Assembly: GCF_006345805.1 (NCBI RefSeq)
Contig: NC_043001.1
Location: forward strand, 70,184,001 to 70,248,000
DNA length: 64,000 nt
DNA from: Octopus sinensis
Taxonomy: Eukaryota
Reading direction: 5' to 3'
Position 1 is the stretch's first letter. Every line of letters begins with the position of its first letter. Shown here piece after piece: positions 53,518 to 64,000 of the stretch. The notes below the pieces were generated by a model. That model had not been told where the DNA came from and made no database searches. It saw nothing but the letters and a program-made list of their open reading frames with translations. The position numbers and the translations under genes are program-made.

Positions 53518-56500
53518 CAGCATATCCTAAATCAGAATGAGAAGCACACACTAAGTTATAGAGCAGGAGAGTTATTTCATCGACCTCGAATGTTAGTTAT
53601 GATTTGTTCATAAGTATGCCCAGTGTGTTTCTCGTCCATAAAGCGCTTAGCTTTATACACGTCTCGTTAGATCCTAATGCCCAGTGGCATATAACCTCTC
53701 TTCAAATTAGAGTTAGAAAATGACTCGTGGCTAGTTTCTTACAAAGAAGACTTACAGACAAAGAAGAAAGGTCAAGTGCAATAAATATGTGGATCATTAT
53801 ACTGAGTGAAGATTCTATCAGCTGAGTATGCCGTCATCAGAGAAGAAGGAGCAACAGCGATATAAAAATGAGGGAATATGCTCAGTCGAGTATATTAGTA
53901 TGTTCAAGATTGTCAAAAATGGAGGAAAGATAAAACAGGCATGTGCTCTGTGCTAGTTCTATGGTCAAATAATACAGTAATATGTTTTGCTCAATAGCAG
54001 TTTCACATGAGTATCTTCGATGTTAATCCATGATAAGGAATAGCTGAAGTTATCAGTTCCAGTTTTGAATAGAGAATGAAGGAGTGTTGAATAGGAATAT
54101 TATACTACAGTATAGAGGAATGACAGACAGGTAGATGAAATAATATACATATATCCTAGATGATAGTGTGGTTGTATGCTTGTAGAGAGAAGTTAGAAAG
54201 TCCTAACTTTCTTCTACACACAAACAAATCTTATATATGTGTATGAGAGAGAGTGTGTGTGCATACAAACATTATACTTCATAGTGTACATTGTGGAGGA
54301 TTCATATCATAGAATAAAGGGTTGAGATCATGAGAATACGATCGGCATTTTGCGTCGTTGTGCAAGGTAAATCGATTCACGTTGATCAACTCTACTCTGC
54401 TGAAATGAATACCAGCGATGTGCTAGTTCAACTCTCTCCCCCTACAGTTATGGCATAGATGATATACTGGTGGGTCAAATGTGAAAGAGTTGATGGTGTG
54501 CCTGTGTCAGTTCGCGATTACATACGCACCAAAAACAATTAAAGATATTGGGACATGAAGTCATCCTCTGTGCGGGTAGTGGCCGCATTTTTATATATTA
54601 TAAACACACACACAAGCATACACATGTGAGCATGCTTGTATACTTATATATATAAGTAGTGTATCGACATAGAAACTGTCCTTCTTTGTGTGCGTTAATT
54701 AAAGGCTCATCTCTCTTTCCTTTCTAGTAACTAATACCTGAGGGAATTGAGTCACTTCGAGTTGAAGTCAAATATTTCCGCCACGATTTCAAATGGAATG
54801 TCAAGAAAATCGAATGAGAGAATTAAATAACTATTAAGGACTATTTAGTTTTAAAAAACCACACATTCAAGACTATATATTAGTCCTAATCAATTTATAA
54901 TTCCTTTCTTGCTCCTTTCCTTATTTATTTGACTGTTTCCTTCTTCATTTCTGTGCTTGTTATTGATTACATCAAGTTCGTGTTTTGAAAGAAGTAGCCG
55001 AGTGTATAGAAAGCGTCAATAATCGTTACAATAATTTGTGCGCAAAACGTTCATTCTTTTCTCTTCAATAAGATGCAGACCTACAGCGTTATTGTGAGAT
55101 GGCTGGTCAGCAACATGACTGGACCTGTCTTATACGGTCATTGCACACTAGTTTAGTTTTAGTTACTTCTCTTTGGCTCTATTGAGAGCTCGTATTTCAA
55201 AGTTACATTTACGGATGTGTTCACCCGTCAATAGGAATTACACATGGTCGAGTTGATAGTGTCACGAATCAGCAGCAGAGTCATGTGACATTCATATCCA
55301 TCCAGTGTCACTATTTTGTGTTCATAGTTAATAATCTATATTCCCATAGAACCGGTCCTACTGTCCAAAGGAGGGCTGTATAACTTTATTCTCAGAATCT
55401 ATCTTGCAATAGAGTTCAGGAGAGGAACATTAGCTTCCGGAGCCGAATTTACATACAATCTCATATTTTCTTTGTCTTTTGTCTGTGTTGGTGACCATAG
55501 GAAGATAAAGAGAAAGATCAGTATCAATGAATTATAAAAACCCTTGCTAACTGGTTCATTTGAAACATTGATATCCAGCCCGTACAACTCTACAACAAAA
55601 TCGTATGCGTGCTGCTGCTGGTGCTTACAAGAAAATGCACCTAATTAAAGGTACACGAGAATCAGGGGATATTTCTTCAGCTAGAGTACTTGCCGAACCT
55701 CTTCTCCTGGTTGTAGGGCAAACACAATATTATATATATATCTCAACACTCGAAAGAAAAAGAATATGTGAAAAAGAATAGACTGAGAGATCTAATGTTA
55801 ATGTTCTTAATGCCAAATGCTTGAGAACAAATAACAATTGATTTCAGATTTCTGGTGAGACTGCTTTAAGAACACATTTAAATACAAAATATATTAACTG
55901 AGAATAAGACACATTCTTATATTCTTTTTCAAACACTTAAGGCTTATCAGACAATTAAGCTAAGTCATAAATGTATCCTTTCCCTTAGATTTTTTATCCA
56001 TACAGTCTATTTACAGGCACTACGTCTGCCACTGAAAATTCTTGAGGCCAGTCCGTTTCATGAGAAACCAAATTTTTCTTTCGTATTTCAGTTCAGCAAT
56101 TTTATCTGTAATTTCATTATTGGGTTTCCTTGGGTGTATTCTAAAATGTATGGCACTCCTGAAATTTAGCTACTTTAGTTATAAATATATCAGATGAGAG
56201 TGTAATACTGCTAACATAATAGTACTCAAACATAATAGTGTCTCAAATATATCATTTGCTTGTATAAAACAATAAATTTAATAGTTCTTACCTTATTATT
56301 ATATAGCTGACATGAAATTATTTTCCAATGGTAATTCCCAATGGCATCTGAAATTAATAACAAAACAAACTAAATATAAATCGTCTAATCATTTAGTAAA
56401 AGGTGGTACGAATATAACTATCGTTAACAGAAATGCTGGGATATTTTATTGTTTTCATTAACATGAGGTATCGTATAGAGTGACTTCACTTCGTCAACAG

Positions 56501-56741
56501 TATGACAATTTTATATAATTCTAGATACTTGAGATTATTTCCCTTACTCACTTGGTGACTTTTCCAGTTGCCATCACAATAATGCTTACTTTCTCTAAAG
56601 CTGGAGAAATTTTTAATAACTCAAAAGTTATGTGGTGAGGAATTTAATACCCAGCTATTTGCCTTTTTTTATTGGCTATCCGGAGTTATATACTTTACAC
56701 TCATTTTCAGTCACTTTAAGAAAATAGGGAATATTATATAC

Positions 56742-56793
<52 letters not shown>

Positions 56794-58164
56794 CTGTTGC
56801 TGAAGTTAACCGGAAAGAGTTTAATGCAGTACAACACATTGCAATAAAAAGGCTATCTTTCGAAATAAATTGAGATATGAAATTCCCGAGGAAAAATTGT
56901 TGACGAAAATTGTGCTGCAGACAAGTCTGGCAGAACTATTTGTATCCCATTCGGAATGTGATTTAGTGCTACGCTAAAACCTTTGCTCATTTAGGCACAC
57001 ACAAAATCTATTGAAATAGCATTCATAAGAAAAAATGGAAATGTAAATTTCAACAATTAACATATATATATAAATATATACATGGTACATTGAAGTAATT
57101 TTTAGGCAGCACAAAATCCTAAAGCTATCATTAAAGGCCTGTTGTTCAAACTAGAAGAAAGGCAATCCTCAACACTACCCTTCCTCTAATATTCTAATAG
57201 AGTCATTTAAATCTATTGATTGCAGTCATGAATGGAATTCAGTTTAGTCACAAACCATTCACTTAAATACATCATCAATACCTTTCTATTATAAGTTTTA
57301 CAACTTTAAATGAGTTTTTAAAATCTCAGCACCATCTAACCCACTTTCTCTCTCCACCTCCCTCTTCCTCTCTCTCCGTCTCTCTCTCCCTCTCTCTTCC
57401 TCTGCTCTCTCCCCCTCTCTCTTTCTCTCTTTCTCGCAAGCACACCCACACACACAAAGTCATACACGCACGCACACACTCTTCATGGTCAGCATACCTT
57501 TATGTAAACTGCCAACAGTTTTACACCACAGTTATTAACAACCCAGTTGAAGGCAATCTCGAATCCGGATTTCATAAAAGCGAAAAGCTTTATTTTAAAA
57601 GAAAATAACGTTTAGTACGTAAGGTGATTATTCTGAAGGTATTTTCGATCCATCTGGGAAAAAAGTTGTACAATTTATTACGTTTTTCTATTTTTGCTTT
57701 TAGCGGGGAGTGTTTTATTTTTTCTTCTACCAATTCCCTCCTTCAGTTGATTCTTTCCACATTTCAATTATCCTCCCTGTTTACATTTCCATACCAGCAG
57801 TCACTTAAAATATTTGCATTTTTTTTCTTTTTACAAATTCAATTCTATTGAAATTTGCATTTCTTTAGTTACTCATTAACTTAATTCTTTTCTTGATGTT
57901 ATTTCCATCAAATATGGCATGGGAATGATGTTCCACAGACGTTATTTTGTGACAAAATGTGAAGCTACTTTTAGTAAAGGAGAGAGAGATAAGCAGGGTT
58001 AACAAAGATTTCAATCTAATACAGCAAGAAACATGCAGCTTTCAGAAGCTGTGAGATTGAAAACGTGAGATGAGCCCTGAATATAATGCAACGTAATATG
58101 GTGCAAGTGACAATTTCAGATGACTGCTGGACGTCATGTTCACTTTGAAGGAAATTCAGCTCCA

Positions 58165-58338
58165 CAAGATGTCTTCATTGGCGTATAACCTAGATATTCA
58201 AGCCAAGATGATCTTAACGAGTCCCCTAACTGTTGATGGTGAATGATTAGGTCGAACGTTTACGTATGTTAGACTTGCATTAAGTTTATGAAACGGTTCG
58301 TGTAGATCAGTATCTAAATCGAATGTAACATCTAAATA
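58165..58338 (-). mobile_element. Penelope-like RT thumb fragment
   Basis: YLDVTFDLDTDLHEPFHKLNASLTYVNVRPNHSPSTVRGLVK resembles the PLE FLDV...YRKP...YI...SNHP motif. Confidence 0.75.
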
Positions 58339-59051
58339 GAGATAGATAGGTAGATAGATAGGTAGATAGATAGATATATAGATAGATAGGTATATAGATA
58401 GAGAGACAGACAGACATATATACATATGTAAATACACATATTTATGAATGAATGAATGTATGTATGTATGTATGTATGTATGTTTCATGGATTTTAATAA
58501 TATTTTCGTCTTGTAAGTATTGCTCCTGGCAATCCCTTTACAGAAGTGTTTTTCGATGAATATATTTCCAAACATCCTACGCTCTATATCCTAACATATT
58601 TTACAGATTAAAGAATATACAACATATGCCATACCACATTTTAATCTCTCTACCTTATTTGATATACACGAATGAGTTATACGTTTGCATAATTCAGTAT
58701 TAAAAAATACTACGTAGATAGATCCCGCATCGAAAGTTCAGTGCATTTGACACAAGGCTTGCTAACGTGGTACAAAATCATTTCATTTCGTACGTAAAAG
58801 TTTTCCGCGAGAAAGCCAACAGAGTTTTCATAAACAGAATATGGCTTCATTAAGAACAATTCATGGCTCTATATAGCTATATTCTAGACTGGTCAACACC
58901 CTGCAGTCGACTGGAAATTTTACTAATACGAAAATTGGCCACAAATTATGAAGAGAATTATTTACTAAAAAAAAGATAAAAGGTATATTTTCGTGTTTTA
59001 GATATAAAGATATAATGATCATGTATTCTTATATATGAATACACATACACA

Positions 59052-59099
<48 letters not shown>

Positions 59100-59110
59100 A
59101 GCACACAGAC

Positions 59111-59150
<40 letters not shown>

Positions 59151-59764
59151 TCGCGCACACAGACATATGGAAGTATTTATTCGAAATTAAGAATGTGAAA
59201 AGTAAATATAAGAAAGTTATTTTTATAGCGGTATAATGTTTTTCAGCGAATTATTTCTAAAAATAATGTCTGTTTGTCGTCATAAGGACTAATATTTACG
59301 TGTTGAGTGCATAAATAGGAAAAGTATATCAGGCCTAGACAACAATTGATATATTATCGTTAGTTGTATAATTGTCTTTGAAATGAATGCAGTATCAAAC
59401 AAAGAAAAGTATCTCTGCAGCAATCTACCTGATTTAATTTATTCATATTCGTTTTGTCTGCCCCACAGGAGATGTCTAAATAAATCTATTTTGAAATAAA
59501 CTATACATCAAGAAGACTACATAGAATATACTCGGACGTAAAACTGAAAGAAACATAAATTTAGTTACATTATCATATTTGAACATATATTCATTCACGT
59601 ATCCATCACCAGTCTTAATTCTCACATGAATCCCATCAATACTTATGAAAGAATTAAATTAACAGCACAAGTTCACCTTGTGTACATCTTTTATTTTACT
59701 AAAGCGGAAAGATATTAACCACTCTTTTAAGTGGTAATTGAGCGCAACCTCATCTATTTTCTCT

Positions 59765-60090
59765 GTGGCACATTGGGCAAGTGTCTTCTACTATAGCCTG
59801 GGGCTGACCAAAGCTTTGTGATTAGATTTGGTAGACGGAAACTGAAGAAGGCATGTCGTATATATATATATATATATTTACGTGTGAGTGTGTGTTTGTC
59901 TATTTCTTATTTGTGTATGTTTGTCTTCCCACTATCGTTTGACAACCGATGCTAGTGTGTTTACGCCCCCGTTATCTAGCTGTTCGGCAAAAAGAGATGG
60001 AGAGTATTAGCACTACGCTTACAAAGAATACGTCCTGGGATCGATTTGTTCGACTAAAGCAGTGATCCAGCATGGCTGCATTTAAATGCC
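59765..60090 (+). mobile_element. SINE family A, lacking tRNA head
   Basis: TTGGGCAAGTGTCTTCTACTATAGCC...TTTGGTAGACGGAAACTGAA...CCAGCATGGCTGCA. Confidence 0.88.
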
Positions 60091-60099
60091 ATCTCCTCT

Positions 60100-61850
60100 A
60101 TAACTGTAAGGTGTTCGATTTTATCTATGATCCCTATGTCAACAAATGATGGGCTATTCAAAAGTGCTGAAAATTGTCTACCTAGCGCTTATGAATAGAA
60201 GCCGTGTCAGTCAAAAACAAATGTCCATTTGCTGTACACACTGGAGCTATTGAAGAAGATTTGGGGCCATATATTTCCTTATCATAAGAGTACAAACACT
60301 TGGCAGCGTTTCTATCAGCTGCATGTTGCGCCCTTTTCACTCTGTCATTCCATTATTCCTGTTTAATTTTCCTTTGAGCAGTCTGCACTTTCCCTTTCAG
60401 CTTTCTGTAAGTTTTGTTTGAGTTGGGGCTTAAGGACAGAGATAGAAGTGTATATCCTAAGTTTTGTTTTTCTAAAAGTAGATCATGAATCTCTGTTGAT
60501 TTGTCTGAGAACCAGTCACTGGACCTCCGTGATTTAAATACAACTGAAGAACTTGCAGCCTGAAATTCTTTTGTTCTGAAATCTTCCCACAGATTGTTTG
60601 GATCAAGATTGATACTTTCTATAGCATTGTGGAATCTTTGCAAGTTGCTTGGTAATTTGAAGTTGGCAACATCTAACTTTTATCGACGTTTAGGCATTAT
60701 CGAAAAATTCATTGTTCCACGCACTAGACGATGGTCCTCTCATGGCCCAAACTCTAGAAACAAATTTCTTATCCTTCTTTCTGATCAAAATATAATCTAC
60801 GAGATACCAGTCCTTTGATCTTGGGTACATCTAGGTGCATATATATGCTTTTCTGCTTAAAGAGAGTGTTGGTAACAACCAGATTATTCTCAGTACACAA
60901 CGTAAAGAAAACTACTCCAGTTTTATTACATTTTCCAATGCCATATCGGCCAGCAACAGGCTATGAAATGTAGCCATCTACAAGTCTTGCGTTGAAATCT
61001 TCCATTATGACCAGCTGGTCAGAAATTTGTACTTTCCTCAATTATTGTATTAGATCATCATAAAAACGTCCTACAATTTGATCAGTATGAGACATGATGG
61101 TGTATAAATACTGATAATGATAAGAAACCTACCTTTTGTCAGTTTCATACGGCATGACGTGGTTAGTTCAGATATACCACTTGGAAAGTATGCAACGGAG
61201 GATACTAATGAATTCTTGAGAGCAAACCCAACACTAGATTCTCTACGCTGACCCTCATGTAGGCTTCACCAGAAGATACTATATCTAGAAGTAGGTTAAT
61301 TTATTTGACCCTCACCAGTGAGACGAGTTTCAGAGGCGCATATAACTAGGGATTATTTTTTAAGCTCACATGCAATACGTGCAGTACACCTTTCTGACCG
61401 CTTGTTGAAATTATCATCTAGAAGTATGCACATTCCAACAGCCAAAATTCAGAGTATGTATGTTTTTTCTTCATCTTGGACACCTGCCGAGCGAGAACTC
61501 TTCCCCTGGCGTTCCCAAGACATTTTTGCCATTTACTGAATCTGTTTCGAACATTTCAGAGTAAGTAGCAAGTGCACTTTAGGTTTGCCCCAACCAATTC
61601 AATGATTTTACTACGATTTAGTGTACAAAAACCTGTGCAGATGAAATATTTTCAGTGCACTACTCCCATCTATTGGCCAAAGAATGCTTTCACCGGTGTG
61701 ATAGGAGAATTGACTTACTCGGGAATTTCCAAAGCCTCAGGTTTTATTTTGGTGATGTCCTTCTCCTAGGTAGATTAACAACTAAGGTTAAAGAGATTTT
61801 ACCTACCCACGAGGTTGGGTACCTTGTGCCAGACGCCTCACCGACACGCA
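60100..61850 (-). mobile_element. RTE-clade LINE 5' part (APE endonuclease region + 5' UTR), decayed
   Basis: Minus: RSERCTARIACEL, SETRLTGEGQ, RRESSVGFAL, LVIMEDFNARL, LVVTNTLF and SSDWFSD. 5' UTR motif CTACCTAGGAGAAGG near 61760. Confidence 0.85.
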
Positions 61851-62020
61851 AACGCTCCATAGAATCATTAAATATCATTTCGGTGCCAGATGCGGACGAA
61901 TTTATACATATGTACATACATAAAAAAGTAAAGGATACGTAATTTAGAAATCTAAATAAAATAAGATTTAAATTTAAATAATGTATATATATATGTATAT
62001 ATGTATGTATGTATGTATGC

Positions 62021-62052
<32 letters not shown>

Positions 62053-62073
62053 GCATATGTATATATATATGTA

Positions 62074-62154
<81 letters not shown>

Positions 62155-62183
62155 ATATATATATGTATATATAGATACATATA

Positions 62184-62214
<31 letters not shown>

Positions 62215-63071
62215 CCAGAATGATTTGCACCATAATATCAGATACAAACACCCAACACACATGTCTCCAGGAACTCAGAACTACACTCATAAATAGGAAT
62301 TATCCACAACCCCTAATAGACAATACTATCCAACGAGCACCGAAATTAAATATACAAAACCTGAGACAACCAAAACCAAACAACGAAGAAAAATTAAAAA
62401 CCCTACATCTCTACACACAACCCACTTAACAATGAGGCTTTGGCACCATACTCGAAAGCACAGCCCTACTCAAGGGGGACCTAAACATGAACCGAATCTT
62501 CCAAATGTGCACCATCATAAAAAGTAAACGGCAAGCAAAATCATTAAAAAAGATTTTAACCCAGGCTACACTGCACCCAATAACAACCACAAAATCAACA
62601 GTTAGAATATGTGGAAAGTTCAACTGCGGGATCTGTGTCCTCTTAGTAGAATGTTCGGAATACATAATAGAACAAGGCCATCATTTTACCATCAGAACAA
62701 ACTTCACCTGTAATTTACGTGATAACATGCGCAGGGTGCAATAGGCAATGTATTGGCCATACAAAGTACAGACTACGAAAAAGGATGGCAGTGCATAAAT
62801 CGCAAATTAGGAATCCTGAATATAGGAAAATACCTCTCAGAGGCCACATAGACAGATGTGCATCAAATAAATATCCCAAATTCACAACTTTCCCACTTTA
62901 CCAATTCAGTAACAACGTAACTGTCACTCAACGTCATAACAAATAACTCCATTTCATTAGAAAATTCGGACCAAGTCTAAACGCCCTGGACCTGGAACGT
63001 TAAAACCATAAATTGGTTCTCCGAAAAGCAAAATGGAATTCTACAACTCCAGTTCCCACTACCACCACGAG

Positions 63072-63109
<38 letters not shown>

Positions 63110-63177
63110 ACTACTACTACTACTTCTACTGCTATTACTATAGCCAATGAACTACTGCTTACTCCAACCACCACAGT

Positions 63178-63240
<63 letters not shown>

Positions 63241-63705
63241 AACTACTACGACTACTACTACTACGACGACCAACAGTCTTCCAATGCTGCTGTTAACGGT
63301 CACTTCCACTGCTGCTGCTACTACAGCCAATGAACTACTGCTACAACTCTAACCATCACCACCACGATCACTACTGCTACTACGATAAACGGTCACTGCT
63401 ACTACTGCTATTTCGGCCACCGTTCATTTTCACAATTACAGCCAACGAATCTAGTCAACGCACAGGACAGCCATTATGTTCCCCCAACAAAACACCACCA
63501 TGTGGACTCTGTTGAGAGTAGTTAGAAACAATTATGAACATTTTTATTACATTTAACTTTTAAAAATATTTTTGATAGGGTTCGTTTTTTCGAGAAGAAC
63601 CGAAACGTAAAATCTCTAAGAAAACTAAAATTTATTTTATATAGTGGAGTTTTCAAACTTCTTTTTTATAAATATATACCCACTCGTATGCCACCTACAT
63701 ATTTT
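62215..63705 (+). mobile_element. Penelope-like element 3' part (RT tail + GIY-YIG + (CTA)n UTR + terminal repeat)
   Basis: [39 protein letters not shown] and ITCAGCNRQCIGHTKYRLRKRMAVH. Hammerhead motif near the 3' end. TA-flanked. Confidence 0.92.
63568..63613 (+). ncRNA. Minimal hammerhead motif (U3-A8; A9G, so probably impaired)
   Basis: ATTT-TTGATAG-GGTTC-GTTTTTTCGAGAA-GAACC-GAAA-CG-TA-AAAT. Confidence 0.7.
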
Positions 63706-63720
63706 ATATATATATATATA

Positions 63721-64000
63721 CTGGCAGCTAAGCCCGGCTTTACCCGGTGTGTTTGGATGATGTGGCTGTGATCCTTTTCGGTTAGGCATAGACTATTACA
63801 ACCTTATCTTTTCGGGTCCCATGTTTCGATTGGACTCTCCAGCTGTATGAAAATTTCCTGAATCCCCCCACTTGTCAGAAAACAGCTTCAGGAGATGTGA
63901 AGAACGATTTTGTATGTAGTCTGTTTCTGAGAGCTATTCTATTGGACCTCTATCTAATCCTTAAAACATTGATTTAATTATGAACATAGAAAGAAATCAT
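63721..64000 (-). mobile_element. Probable non-autonomous Helitron 3' end, continuing beyond the window
   Basis: Minus strand ends CCGG-GTAAAG-CCGG hairpin, then GCTTAGCTGCCAG|TA (CTAG-like). Same layout as the Helitron end at 2651. Confidence 0.6.

Noticed and set aside
55399-55587. 62-aa minus-strand ORF
   Set aside because: Non-ATG start, short, no recognisable motif.
61740-61860. Possible HDV-like ribozyme at the RTE 5' end
   Set aside because: Expected from RTE biology, but I could not build the double pseudoknot from this decayed copy.

Overview
This is eukaryotic, AT-rich, microsatellite-saturated intergenic or intronic DNA. The repeat repertoire matches what I recall for octopus/coleoid cephalopod genomes (inferred, not database-checked). 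I found no intact host gene; nearly all ORFs in the track are translations of (TA)n/(CA)n/(TAA)n/(GATA)n/(GAA)n tracts. The real protein-coding signal comes from decayed transposons: a Helitron (PIF1-type helicase), four large Penelope-like elements (RT + GIY-YIG), several R4/Dong-like LINEs sitting in (TAA)n tracts, RTE fragments and a CR1/L2-type LINE. At least four SINE families are also present. The most interesting signal is non-coding. There are four well-formed minimal type I hammerhead ribozyme motifs (25047+, 42681-, 51572-, 63568+) plus degenerate ones, in Penelope-type terminal repeats. Three of the four carry the compensatory U3-A8 core variant. One lies in a 339-bp partially tandem unit fused to a 148-bp fold-back, resembling a non-autonomous Penelope or retrozyme. 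Several long fold-back hairpins, a LINE/SINE shared 3' tail and local duplications are also present. All alignments were done by eye and element boundaries are approximate.
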